Shown in pieces: positions 1 through 8,432 of a stretch of DNA of 64,000 nucleotides. The position numbers and the translations under genes were made by a program. The notes beneath the pieces were generated by a model, which did not search any database, was not told where the DNA came from, and saw nothing but the letters and a program-made list of their open reading frames with translations. Within the stretch, counting starts at the first letter, position 1, and each line of letters starts with the position of its first letter. Origin of the DNA: Oscillospiraceae bacterium (GTDB taxonomy: Bacteria > Bacillota > Clostridia > UBA1212 > UBA1255); assembly GCA_015069165.1 (NCBI GenBank), contig SVJD01000004.1:4091-68090 (forward strand), written 5' to 3'.

Positions 1-8
1 GACCAGCA

Positions 9-674
9 ATGAAACTTTTACTTAAAGCAATCGCAAAATTTATATTTGGGCTTTTAATTGTCGGAATGCTTTTATTCCTCCCGGCAGGCACTTTTGCATA
101 TACAAACGCATGGCTTTTTATAGCACTGCTCTTTGTTCCTATACTTATTCTCGGAATAGTTTTATTTATAAAATCGCCTGAGCTTCTTGAAAAAAGACTC
201 AATGCAAAAGAAGACGAATCTACGCAAAAGGGCGTTGTGGCAATTTCGGGAGTTTTGTTTTTGGCAGGTTTTATTGTTGCGGGACTTGATTTTCGTTTTT
301 GTTGGTCGCACATTCCGAATTGGGTAGTAGCCATAGCTTCTGTTGTACTCCTTGTCTCGTACGCTTTATATGCTGAAGTTATGAGAGAAAACGTATATCT
401 TTCAAGAGCCATAGAAATCCAAGAAAACCAAAAAGTGGTAGACACAGGTTTATACGGAATTGTTCGTCACCCGATGTACGCTGCAACTTTGTGGCTCTTT
501 TTAGCAATTCCGATAGTACTCGGTTCGTGGTGGTCATTTCTTTGCTTTTTACCATACATTCCGGTAATTGCGGTCAGAATAATCAACGAAGAAAAAGTGC
601 TTTCAGAAGGGCTTGAAGGATATACAGACTATAAAAAACGAGTTAAACACAGAATAATTCCGTTTGTTTGGTAA
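9..674 (+). CDS. ICMT/PEMT-family membrane methyltransferase (isoprenylcysteine carboxyl methyltransferase-like)
   Basis: Polytopic hydrophobic protein. The C-terminal half has 'GLYGIVRHPMYAATLWLFLAIP', which matches the RHPxY region of ICMT/phospholipid methyltransferase families. There is no stop in the 8 nt upstream, so the N-terminus could extend past the window edge. Confidence 0.7.
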   Translation: MKLLLKAIAKFIFGLLIVGMLLFLPAGTFAYTNAWLFIALLFVPILILGIVLFIKSPELLEKRLNAKEDESTQKGVVAISGVLFLAGFIVAGLDFRFCWSHIPNWVVAIASVVLLVSYALYAEVMRENVYLSRAIEIQENQKVVDTGLYGIVRHPMYAATLWLFLAIPIVLGSWWSFLCFLPYIPVIAVRIINEEKVLSEGLEGYTDYKKRVKHRIIPFVW

Positions 675-758
675 ACAATTGAAGAATATACAGAAAATTT
701 TAAAAATATGATATAATATGGCAGATAACAAATAGTATTTAAAGAAAGAGAACTAATT

Positions 759-1643
759 ATGTTTAAAGATATATTTTCAGATATTAAACAACTCAGATGG
801 CAAAATTTTATTTTTTTGCTCATTGCCGGCTGCATAAATGCTTTTGGAGTTACATTGTTTTTGGCACCGGTAAACCTTTACGACAGCGGAATTTCGGGAA
901 CATCGATTCTGCTTTCGCAGTTTACTCCGGAGTATATGTCGTTATCTCTCTTTTTGGTAATCTTAAATGTGCCGCTTTTTTTATTCGGATTAAAAAAACA
1001 AGGGGCAACATTTACAATATATTCCATATTTGCCGTTTCGGTATATTCAACAGCCGCATGGCTTATAACAGATGTTTTGCCTGTAGATGTAAGCATTGCA
1101 TCTCCGCTTGCAGGCGAAGATTTGCTTTTGTGCGCACTCTTTGGCGGATTGATTTCCGGTGTCGGCAGCGGTATGACAATACGTTATGGCGGAGCAATAG
1201 ACGGTGTTGAAGTTATGGCAGTTATTTTTGCCAAGAAATTAAATATTACCGTCGGAACGTTTGTTATGATATACAATGTGCTTTTGTATATTGTGTGTGG
1301 ATTTGCGATTGAAAGTTGGATTTTGCCTCTTTATTCTATTGTAACATATGCCGCAGGGCTTAAAACCGTTGATTTTGTTGTAGAAGGTTTTGATCGCTCA
1401 AAAGAAGTTATGATTATAACAGATCATCCCAATGAAATCAGTGTGGCTCTTATGGAAGCATTTAAATGCGGCACAACAAAAATTGCGGCGACCGGTGGTT
1501 ACTCCAATACGGAGAAGACAATTATATATTTTGTTGTAAACCGCTTCCAAATATCTCGTATGAGAACAATTATTCATACTATTGACCCGAGAGCTTTTGT
1601 AACTATCAGTGAAGTAGCTGACGTTTTTAAAGCAAACGATTAA
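759..1643 (+). CDS. YitT-family membrane protein (DUF2179 C-terminal domain)
   Basis: N-terminal multi-TM region. The soluble C-terminal ~80 aa, 'GTTKIAATGGYSNTEKTIIYFVVNRFQISRMRTIIHTIDPRAFVTISEVADV', is typical of the YitT/DUF2179 tail. An extended -10 (TGaTATAAT, 709-717) lies upstream. Confidence 0.75.
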   Translation: MFKDIFSDIKQLRWQNFIFLLIAGCINAFGVTLFLAPVNLYDSGISGTSILLSQFTPEYMSLSLFLVILNVPLFLFGLKKQGATFTIYSIFAVSVYSTAAWLITDVLPVDVSIASPLAGEDLLLCALFGGLISGVGSGMTIRYGGAIDGVEVMAVIFAKKLNITVGTFVMIYNVLLYIVCGFAIESWILPLYSIVTYAAGLKTVDFVVEGFDRSKEVMIITDHPNEISVALMEAFKCGTTKIAATGGYSNTEKTIIYFVVNRFQISRMRTIIHTIDPRAFVTISEVADVFKAND

Positions 1644-1700
1644 TCAATTGCGTCTAATTTACCACGGCAAAACACGAAAAATGTGTTGATTCTGATATTA

Positions 1701-1754
1701 AAAAATTGAAAAAATGTGTTAAAACACCGTTATAAAAATTGAAAAAATGTGTTA
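1701..1754 (+). repeat. 21-nt perfect direct repeat AAAAATTGAAAAAATGTGTTA x2 (1701-1721, 1734-1754), plus a third degenerate copy GAAAAATGTGTTGA at 1676-1689
   Basis: Read directly from the sequence. Copy spacing is 32-33 nt. The last copy overlaps an extended -10 (TGtTATACT, 1750-1758) for the downstream ATPase gene. An inverted repeat ACTATC-N5-GATAGT (1756-1772) follows. Confidence 0.8.
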
Positions 1755-1789
1755 TACTATCATCGCGATAGTTTTGCGAGGTGAGTTTG

Positions 1790-3082
1790 ATGAGAAGAAA
1801 TGCATTAGAAGAACTTATAAAATGGAAAAGGGACGAAGAACGCAAACCGATGATCTTGCGTGGTGCACGTCAGGTTGGCAAGACCTGGCTAATGAAAGAA
1901 TTCGGTAGGACGAATTATAAAAGCTATGTTTATTTTAACTTTGATGAAGAAGATGAATTGAAATCGATTTTTGAGTCAAACAAGAATCCAACCCGTATTA
2001 TCGAATTGCTGTCTATGGTGGCGGGAGAGAAAATTTTACCTAAGGATACTTTAATAATTTTCGATGAAGTTCAGGAATGCCCTGCCGCTTTAAATGCTCT
2101 GAAGTATTTCAAGGAAAAGGCAAATGAATATCACGTCATTGCTGCGGGTAGTCTACTTGGAACATTACTTGCTCAACCTAAGTCATATCCTGTCGGCATG
2201 GTTAATCTTTTGGATATTGCACCGCTTACTTTTGACGAATTTCTTAAAGCAACTGATGAATCGCTATTTGAATTTTATCAAAGCATTACCAAAGAACAGC
2301 AAATTGAAGATATTTTCCACAATCGTTTAATGGAAGCGTATAATAATTACTTGATTATTGGCGGTATGCCTGAATGTGTTTCATCTTGGGTGAAAAACAA
2401 GGATCCAAATAAGATTTCACAGATTCAAAAAGAATTGATTCAAATATATGAGAATGACTTTTCAAAGCATAATGGAAAAGTGAACAGTGGAAGGATTCTT
2501 ATGGTTTTTCGCAGTATCGTTACACAGCTTGCGAAGTCGAATGAAAAGTTTATGTATGGAGCTGTACGTGAAGGCGCAAGAGCACGCGATTTTGAAGAAG
2601 CTATCGAATGGCTTGTTTCTGCGGGCATGCTAAATCGAGTTTATAACGTTTCTAAGTTGGAGCATCCTTTATCCGCATTTGAAAAATTAGATCAGTTCAA
2701 GCTCTTTGTATTTGATACCGGTTTGTTAAAACATATGGCCGGTATTGATAATAGCGCAATTTTGTTAAAGGCAGATTATCAGTTTAAAGGCCCTTTAACT
2801 GAAAACTATGTACTGCAGCAACTTTGTGGACAGTATGACGTTGCTCCTCGTTATTACTCAGAGCGAAGCGGTGAAATTGATTTCGTAGTCCAGTACGGAA
2901 CAACCATCATCCCTATTGAAGCAAAAGGCGGAGAAGATAAGTCTGCGCCGACATTCAAGAGATATGTCTCAGAGCATCAACCTGAATACGTTGTGCGTTT
3001 CTCCAAACGTGGCTATCGCAAGGATGGCTATATTACCAATATGCCGTTGTATCTTGCTCGCAAAATGAAGGAATTGCTTTGA
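1790..3082 (+). CDS. AAA+ ATPase with C-terminal DUF4143 / PD-(D/E)xK-like domain (AAA_14 family ATP-binding protein)
   Basis: Walker A 'GARQVGKTW' and Walker B 'LIIFDEVQ'. The C-terminus 'GEIDFVVQYGTTIIPIEAKGGEDK' looks like a D...ExK nuclease-fold motif. I placed the start at ATG 1790, 7 nt after GAGGTG; the ORF track uses GTG 1781. Confidence 0.8.
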   Translation: MRRNALEELIKWKRDEERKPMILRGARQVGKTWLMKEFGRTNYKSYVYFNFDEEDELKSIFESNKNPTRIIELLSMVAGEKILPKDTLIIFDEVQECPAALNALKYFKEKANEYHVIAAGSLLGTLLAQPKSYPVGMVNLLDIAPLTFDEFLKATDESLFEFYQSITKEQQIEDIFHNRLMEAYNNYLIIGGMPECVSSWVKNKDPNKISQIQKELIQIYENDFSKHNGKVNSGRILMVFRSIVTQLAKSNEKFMYGAVREGARARDFEEAIEWLVSAGMLNRVYNVSKLEHPLSAFEKLDQFKLFVFDTGLLKHMAGIDNSAILLKADYQFKGPLTENYVLQQLCGQYDVAPRYYSERSGEIDFVVQYGTTIIPIEAKGGEDKSAPTFKRYVSEHQPEYVVRFSKRGYRKDGYITNMPLYLARKMKELL

Positions 3083-3161
3083 AGTTATTAAGGGTTGATT
3101 TTCAAGTGATTTGTGATACGACATTGATACTAAAATTCGTAGAGGCTACACGACACTGCTA

Positions 3162-3190
3162 TTGAAAAAAGAAAGATATTGTAATATAAT
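3162..3190 (+). promoter_or_regulatory. sigma-A-type promoter TTGAAA-17 nt-TATAAT for the yhhQ leader
   Basis: TTGAAA at 3162-3167, an exact 17-nt spacer, and TATAAT at 3185-3190. Confidence 0.6.
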
Positions 3191-3211
3191 GCTATAACAT
3201 CTTAACAGATG

Positions 3212-3256
3212 ACGACAGTTCGTTTGTACCATCCTGTCGTAAAACAAAACCAGGAC
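3212..3256 (+). promoter_or_regulatory. candidate preQ1-I-type riboswitch aptamer
   Basis: P1 is ACGACAG/CUGUCGU. The loop starts with UUC, and a C lies immediately 5' of the P1 3' strand. The A-rich tail UAAAACAAAACCAGG closely resembles the Thermoanaerobacter preQ1-I tail UUAACAAAACAAGG. It sits between a promoter and a terminator, upstream of a queuosine-precursor transporter gene. The loop is longer (about 14-15 nt) than in the classic aptamers. Confidence 0.5.
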
Positions 3257-3283
3257 TGCTTTTTGAAATTATAAAATAAAAGC

Positions 3284-3310
3284 GGCTTTGCGTTTTGCAA
3301 GGCCTTTTTT
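3284..3310 (+). terminator. intrinsic terminator / attenuator of the yhhQ leader
   Basis: Stem GGCUUUGC / GCAAGGCC (8 bp including one G-U), a 5-nt loop, then UUUUUU. It ends about 20 nt before the yhhQ start. The loop/3' strand GUUUUG is complementary to CAAAAC in the aptamer tail, which could act as an antiterminator. Confidence 0.6.
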
Positions 3311-3331
3311 ATTTCCTTTTTGGAGGAAAAA

Positions 3332-4075
3332 ATGAAACTTATAAATTGTATAAAACGCGAAAAAGAAGAAACTTCAATTTTGCTTCGCAGCATTCCGTCA
3401 ACAGTAGTTACACTTTTTGTTGTAAGTGTAATCTGTATGAATCTGCTTGCAAATAAAACGCTCGTTCAGAACACTTGGATTGCGCTTGATGGCGGAATTT
3501 TAATATCGTGGCTGTCTTTTATGTGCATGGATATTATTACGAAATACTTTGGACCGAAAGCTTCCAATAAAATTGCAATTTTGGCGTCTGCTATAAATTT
3601 ACTTACATGCCTTATTTTTTATGTAGCAAGCATAATTCCTTCAAATGCAGACGATTATACGGCGCTGAATGAAATTCTCGGCGGAACATGGTTTATTCTT
3701 TTGGGCAGTACCATTGCGTTTATTTCTTCCGCAATAATAAATAATTTTTTAAATTGGATAATTGGAAGAGCATTTATAAATAATCCTGACGGAAAGTTGG
3801 CTTTTGCTACGAGAACATATGTTTCCACTTTTATAGGACAGTTTTTGGATAATTTTATTTTTTCAATAATTGTATTTGTGGGCTTTGCACCGATTTTTTG
3901 GGACGGATTTCATTGGACAGTATTGCAATGTGCAATGTGCGCTTTGACGGGAGCTGTTGCAGAACTTATTATGGAAGTGTTGTTTTCTCCCATTGGATAC
4001 AAAATATTACAAAAATGGAAAAAGAATTCTATAGGGAAAGATTATCTTTGTTATATCAATAAGGATGGTGAATAA
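3332..4075 (+). CDS. yhhQ: queuosine precursor transporter (YhhQ/DUF165, VUT family)
   Basis: Polytopic protein with the YhhQ-like pattern '...TFIGQFLDNFIFSIIVFVGF'. ATG 3332 follows GGAGG; the track's TTG 3320 lies inside the RBS. Confidence 0.75.
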   Translation: MKLINCIKREKEETSILLRSIPSTVVTLFVVSVICMNLLANKTLVQNTWIALDGGILISWLSFMCMDIITKYFGPKASNKIAILASAINLLTCLIFYVASIIPSNADDYTALNEILGGTWFILLGSTIAFISSAIINNFLNWIIGRAFINNPDGKLAFATRTYVSTFIGQFLDNFIFSIIVFVGFAPIFWDGFHWTVLQCAMCALTGAVAELIMEVLFSPIGYKILQKWKKNSIGKDYLCYINKDGE

Positions 4076-4076
4076 A

Positions 4077-4730
4077 ATGAAAATTTTAATTACAGGTACA
4101 TCACAAGGAATAGGAAAAGCAATAGCCAAAAAGTTTTTGGCAGAAAAACACGAAGTTATAGGCATTGATAGATGCGAAAGCACTATTGAAAGTGCGGATT
4201 ACACACATTTCTTGCTTGATGTAAGGGATTATAACAATTATCCGCAGATCAAAGATGTCAATGTTTTGATAAATAATGCCGGAACGCAAAACGAAGACGA
4301 TATTGAAATAAATTTAAAAGCCCTTATTAAAATAACGGAAAAATACGGTGTGCAAAAAAACATTAAATCTATTTTAAATATTGGTTCTGCCAGCGCACAC
4401 ACCGGTTCGGAATTTCCGGAATACTGCGCAAGTAAAGGCGGAGTGTTGGCATACACGAAAAATGTTGCAATGAGAGTTGCGGAATTTGGCGCAACTTGTA
4501 ACAGTCTTGACCCGGGAGGCGTTTTGACACCGCTCAATGACTGCGTAATACAAGATAAAGACCTATGGTCGCAGATTATGGATGAAACGCCGCTAAAAAA
4601 ATGGGCAACACCTGAAGAAATTGCACAGTGGGCGTTCTTTTTGACGGTAACAAATACTTTTTGTACAGGTCAAAGCATTGTTGTTGACGGCGGGGAATCT
4701 ATTAAGCATAATTTCGTTTGGAAAGAATAA
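4077..4730 (+). CDS. SDR-family oxidoreductase
   Basis: 'ITGTSQGIGKA' (TGxxxGxG), 'NNAG', and the catalytic 'YCASK' (YxxxK). I preferred ATG 4077 over 4065 on RBS spacing. Confidence 0.85.
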   Translation: MKILITGTSQGIGKAIAKKFLAEKHEVIGIDRCESTIESADYTHFLLDVRDYNNYPQIKDVNVLINNAGTQNEDDIEINLKALIKITEKYGVQKNIKSILNIGSASAHTGSEFPEYCASKGGVLAYTKNVAMRVAEFGATCNSLDPGGVLTPLNDCVIQDKDLWSQIMDETPLKKWATPEEIAQWAFFLTVTNTFCTGQSIVVDGGESIKHNFVWKE

Positions 4731-4747
4731 TAAAAGATATATAAAAA

Positions 4748-4781
4748 GCAAGCAGATTTTAAATTCTGCCTGCTCTTTTTT
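4748..4781. terminator. bidirectional intrinsic terminator between the SDR gene and nagB
   Basis: GCAAGCAGA / TCTGCCTGC stem (8 of 9 bp), an 8-nt loop, a T-run downstream and an A-run upstream. Confidence 0.6.
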
Positions 4782-4808
4782 CATTTGTGACAAAATTAGG
4801 GAGTTTAA

Positions 4809-5594
4809 TTATCTCTCGTTTTTGTAAATTTCTTTAAAGTATTTATATGTGTCAACTTTCAACTCACCGCAAGCAGCCTCGTCGCAAGCAATGATTCCGT
4901 CCGGGTGAAGTTGTAAAGCGCTGATTGTCCAAGCGTGATCAACGCCGCCTTCAACACAGTGACGTAATGCACGAGCTTTGTTGTGACCGTTGATTACGAG
5001 CAATACTTGTTTTGAATCGCAAACAGTACCAACACCAACAGAAAGAGCTGTGTGAGGAACTTTCTCGGGATCGTTATCGAAGAAACGAGAGTTTGCAATC
5101 AAAGTATCCTCTGTCAAAGCGCGTACTCCCGTGCGAGAAGTAAGAGAAGTAAAAGGCTCGTTAAATGCAATGTGTCCATCAACGCCGCTGCCTCCGAGGA
5201 ACAAATCAATGCCGCCGTAAGAAGCGATTTTATCTTCATAGCGTTGGCACTCTGCTTCCAAATCGTCAGCCATACCATTAAGGATGTTGATGTTTTCTGC
5301 GGGAATATCAATGTGGTTAAAGAAATTATCGTGCATAAAATACCAATAGCTTTGGTCATGCTCTCTGGGAAGGCCAACATATTCATCCATGTTGAAAGTA
5401 ACTACATTTTTAAAAGTTACTGCTCCGGCCTTATTCATTTCAATGAGTTTTTTGTAAACGCCGAGCGGAGAAGAACCAGTGGGAAGTCCGAGAACAAAAG
5501 GACGACCTTCTTTGTGATTGTTGATAGCGTCGGCGATATGCTGAGCTGCCCATGCGCTCATGTCTTCATAGTTGTTTTTAATGATAAGTTTCAT
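4809..5594 (-). CDS. nagB: glucosamine-6-phosphate deaminase
   Basis: 'GLPTGSSP', 'TFNMDEY' and '[18 protein letters not shown]' are NagB signatures. ATG 5594 lies 9 nt after GGAGTG; the track starts at TTG 5600. Confidence 0.9.
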   Translation of the reverse strand: MKLIIKNNYEDMSAWAAQHIADAINNHKEGRPFVLGLPTGSSPLGVYKKLIEMNKAGAVTFKNVVTFNMDEYVGLPREHDQSYWYFMHDNFFNHIDIPAENINILNGMADDLEAECQRYEDKIASYGGIDLFLGGSGVDGHIAFNEPFTSLTSRTGVRALTEDTLIANSRFFDNDPEKVPHTALSVGVGTVCDSKQVLLVINGHNKARALRHCVEGGVDHAWTISALQLHPDGIIACDEAACGELKVDTYKYFKEIYKNER

Positions 5595-5641
5595 TGTCAA
5601 TCACACTCCATTTTAAGAATTTGGAATTTTCCAACGGAAAT

Positions 5642-5669
5642 ATTATACTGCTATTTTTTGTATTGTAAA
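5642..5669 (-). promoter_or_regulatory. putative nagB promoter TTTACA-16 nt-TATAAT (minus strand)
   Basis: The reverse complement of 5642-5669 reads TTTACAatacaaaaaatagcagTATAAT. An inverted repeat TTGGAA-TT-TTCCAA (5621-5634) lies between it and the RBS. Confidence 0.45.
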
Positions 5670-5849
5670 GAAAAATTTATACGCAAAATATTAAGTTTTC
5701 TAATCATTTTTTGCCATTTATTTTAAAAATTTTATGAAGTTTTTTTAAAACACCAAAGTTCTGTTGCTGTTAGGGAAAAGCCGGCGGGACAGCACTGTTG
5801 AAAAACCAAGGGCGTGATGATAAAATAGGCGGGCGAGGAGAAAGAAGAT

Positions 5850-7364
5850 ATGATAGAAAAAGTTATAGAAATCAATAAAATATTAAATGACTTTATTTGG
5901 GGAGTTCCGGGTCTTGTGTTACTTATAGGAACAGGTATATTGATGACGTGTTGCACTAAATTTTTCCAAATTACCCATATCGGTCATTGGTTTAAAGAAA
6001 CTATAGGTTCTCTTTTTAGAAAAAACAGTGAATCTACCAAAAAGACAGACAAAAAGTCTATTTCTCAATTTCAGGCACTTTGTACGGCTTTGGCTGCGAC
6101 CGTAGGTACGGGAAATATCGCAGGTGTGGCGGCGGCAATAGTTGTGGGTGGCCCCGGTGCGGTCTTTTGGATGTGGATTGCGGCATTCTTTGGCATGATG
6201 ACAAACTATTCTGAAAATGTACTCGGAATTTATTATCGCCGGAAAAATACAAACGGTGAGTGGTCCGGTGGCGCCATGTACTATCTCAAAGATGGTCTTG
6301 GAATTAAAAAAGGTTTTAAAACAATTGCTTCCGTTTTGGCAATACTTTTTGCTTGTTTTACAATTCTTGCCTCTTTTGGAATCGGTAACATGGGACAAGT
6401 TAACAAAATAACACTTAATATAGAATCTGCATTTCTTTCTGAAGTTGAACTGGGCACAATTGGAGGAATACCTGTTTTAGGATTAATTATAGGTACTCTC
6501 CTTGTTATTTTCGGAGGACTAATTATACTTGGAGGATTGCAGCGAATAGCATCTTTTGCCGAAAAAGTTATTCCTTTTATGGCCGGTGCTTATGTTATCG
6601 GTGCTTTGATTATTCTATTTATGAATATCGAGAACCTGGACTCAATGTTTGCGGCTGTTTTTAAGTTTGCTTTTACTGAAAGGGCAGCATACGGCGGAGT
6701 TGCCGGTACCATTTTTTTGTCAATGACACAAGGCTTTAAACGTGGAGTATTTTCCAATGAAGCCGGTCTTGGTTCTTCTGTTATAGTGCACAGTGCTTCA
6801 AATGTAAGAGAGCCGGTCCGTCAAGGAATGTGGGGCATTTTTGAAGTGTTTTTTGATACTATTATAATTTGTACCATGACGGCAATCGTTGTTCTTTCGT
6901 CAGGGTACATTGATCTTAACACAGGAAATCCTACGGTTGCAAATTTGGATGATTCTACTTTGGTTTCACGTGTTTTCGGAGACACTTTTGGTATTGCGGG
7001 AGAGATGTTTATTGCTGTTGCGCTTTTTCTTTTTGCGTTTACTACAATACTTGGCTGGTCCCAATACGGCTCAAAAGCTGTTGAATATCTTTTTGGCATA
7101 AAAGCAGTAAAAGTATATAAAATAGTATTTGTATTGATGATTGTGACCGGTGCAATTATGACTTCATCTTTGGCTTGGGATATTTCAGATACTTTTAACG
7201 GATTTATGATGGTACCTAACCTTATTGCTGTGGTGGCATTGTTCCCGCTGGTTACAAAAATTACTAAGAATTATATAAATCGCAGAATTAAACATAAAGA
7301 CGAAAAACCTATGCTTTCTTATAACGAAGAAATTCAGAAAGAATCAGAAGAATTTGTAAAATAA
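5850..7364 (+). CDS. alanine/glycine:cation symporter (AGCS family)
   Basis: 'SQFQALCTALAATVGTGNIAGVAAAI' is the AGCS signature. The protein has about 10-11 TM segments. Confidence 0.9.
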   Translation: MIEKVIEINKILNDFIWGVPGLVLLIGTGILMTCCTKFFQITHIGHWFKETIGSLFRKNSESTKKTDKKSISQFQALCTALAATVGTGNIAGVAAAIVVGGPGAVFWMWIAAFFGMMTNYSENVLGIYYRRKNTNGEWSGGAMYYLKDGLGIKKGFKTIASVLAILFACFTILASFGIGNMGQVNKITLNIESAFLSEVELGTIGGIPVLGLIIGTLLVIFGGLIILGGLQRIASFAEKVIPFMAGAYVIGALIILFMNIENLDSMFAAVFKFAFTERAAYGGVAGTIFLSMTQGFKRGVFSNEAGLGSSVIVHSASNVREPVRQGMWGIFEVFFDTIIICTMTAIVVLSSGYIDLNTGNPTVANLDDSTLVSRVFGDTFGIAGEMFIAVALFLFAFTTILGWSQYGSKAVEYLFGIKAVKVYKIVFVLMIVTGAIMTSSLAWDISDTFNGFMMVPNLIAVVALFPLVTKITKNYINRRIKHKDEKPMLSYNEEIQKESEEFVK

Positions 7365-7436
7365 GCGAAGGTGTGTTACAATTTTTGGTGTATAATGCGT
7401 ATTTACGTGAAAAACTAATTTCAGTAGGTGAATTTT

Positions 7437-8426
7437 ATGGATAGACTTCTTACGGGACTTCAGCCCAGCGGTTGCTTAACTATAGGAAACTATAGCGGCG
7501 GTATAAAACAAGTTATTAACTATCAGGATAATTACGAAACATTTTTGTTTGTTCCTGATATGCACGCCACAACAGTTACACAAGATCCCGAGGCTTTAAG
7601 AAAAAATATTAAAAGCGCAGTAGGCTTGTATCTTGCATGCGGAGTAGATGTGACACTTCCCAATATGCATTTATATATTCAATCGGAGAATTTGTATCAC
7701 GCAAATCTTTCGTGGATTTTAGAGTGCCATTCATATTACGGCGAAATGGCAAGAATGCACCAATTTAAAGAGAAGTCAAAACAACACGAGAATTTTACTT
7801 GCGGACTTTTTACATATCCCGTTTTGATGGCTTCCGATATTTTGCTTTATGATGCAAAATATGTGCCGACAGGTATCGACCAGAAACAACATGTAGAGCT
7901 TGCCCGTAATTTGGCAATTCGCTTTAATAATCGTTATCAAGGAGAATATTTTGTTGTTCCGGAGCCGGTTGTGCCTACAATAGGAGCTAAAATCCGTGAT
8001 TTGCAAGAGCCTACAAAGAAGATGAGCAAATCTACAGCAAATCCGAAGTCGGCAATTTTCCTTTTGGACAATGAAAAAGATATTCGCAAAAAAATTATGA
8101 GTGCGCAGACTGACAGCGAGGCACGTATTGCATTCGATGAGGAAAATAAACCGGGCGTATCCAATTTGTTGTCTATATTCTCTGTTTTCAGCGGACTTTC
8201 TGTTGAAGAACTTGTTGAAAAATTCAGCGGCGGAGGTTACGGAGATCTCAAAAAGGCACTTGCCGAGGTGCTCGTAGAAAAACTCACAGCAATTCAGGAC
8301 AATTATACTAAAATAATGCAATCAGGCATTATTGATGAAGCACTTGATAAAGGCAGAGAGTACACAACAGCAATTGCTGCCGAGAAATACGAACTTATAC
8401 GCAAAGCGGTAGGTTACGGACGTTAA
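7437..8426 (+). CDS. trpS: tryptophan--tRNA ligase
   Basis: 'GLQPSGCLTIGNY' (the HIGH-equivalent of TrpRS) and 'KMSKS'. ATG 7437 lies 8 nt after AGGTG. Confidence 0.92.
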   Translation: MDRLLTGLQPSGCLTIGNYSGGIKQVINYQDNYETFLFVPDMHATTVTQDPEALRKNIKSAVGLYLACGVDVTLPNMHLYIQSENLYHANLSWILECHSYYGEMARMHQFKEKSKQHENFTCGLFTYPVLMASDILLYDAKYVPTGIDQKQHVELARNLAIRFNNRYQGEYFVVPEPVVPTIGAKIRDLQEPTKKMSKSTANPKSAIFLLDNEKDIRKKIMSAQTDSEARIAFDEENKPGVSNLLSIFSVFSGLSVEELVEKFSGGGYGDLKKALAEVLVEKLTAIQDNYTKIMQSGIIDEALDKGREYTTAIAAEKYELIRKAVGYGR

Positions 8427-8432
8427 TTTAAT

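Noticed and set aside
3136-3175. The string AGAGGCTACAC resembles the 5' part of the B. subtilis preQ1-I aptamer.
   Set aside because: It lacks the complementary CCUCU strand. It also lies upstream of or within the -35 of the consensus promoter, so it is probably not transcribed with yhhQ.
5052-5726. A 224-aa plus-strand ORF overlapping nagB.
   Set aside because: It is antisense to a well-supported nagB, has no RBS, and runs through the nagB promoter region.
5700-5849. A glycine riboswitch was looked for upstream of the alanine/glycine:cation symporter.
   Set aside because: The region has a hairpin (UGCUGU...ACAGCA) and G-rich runs, but none of the conserved glycine-aptamer elements I know (GGAGAG...CACCGAAGGGGCAA-like). 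A covariance-model scan would settle it.
7776-8321. A 181-aa minus-strand ORF inside trpS.
   Set aside because: It is antisense to a TrpRS gene with HIGH-like and KMSKS motifs, and is a shadow ORF.
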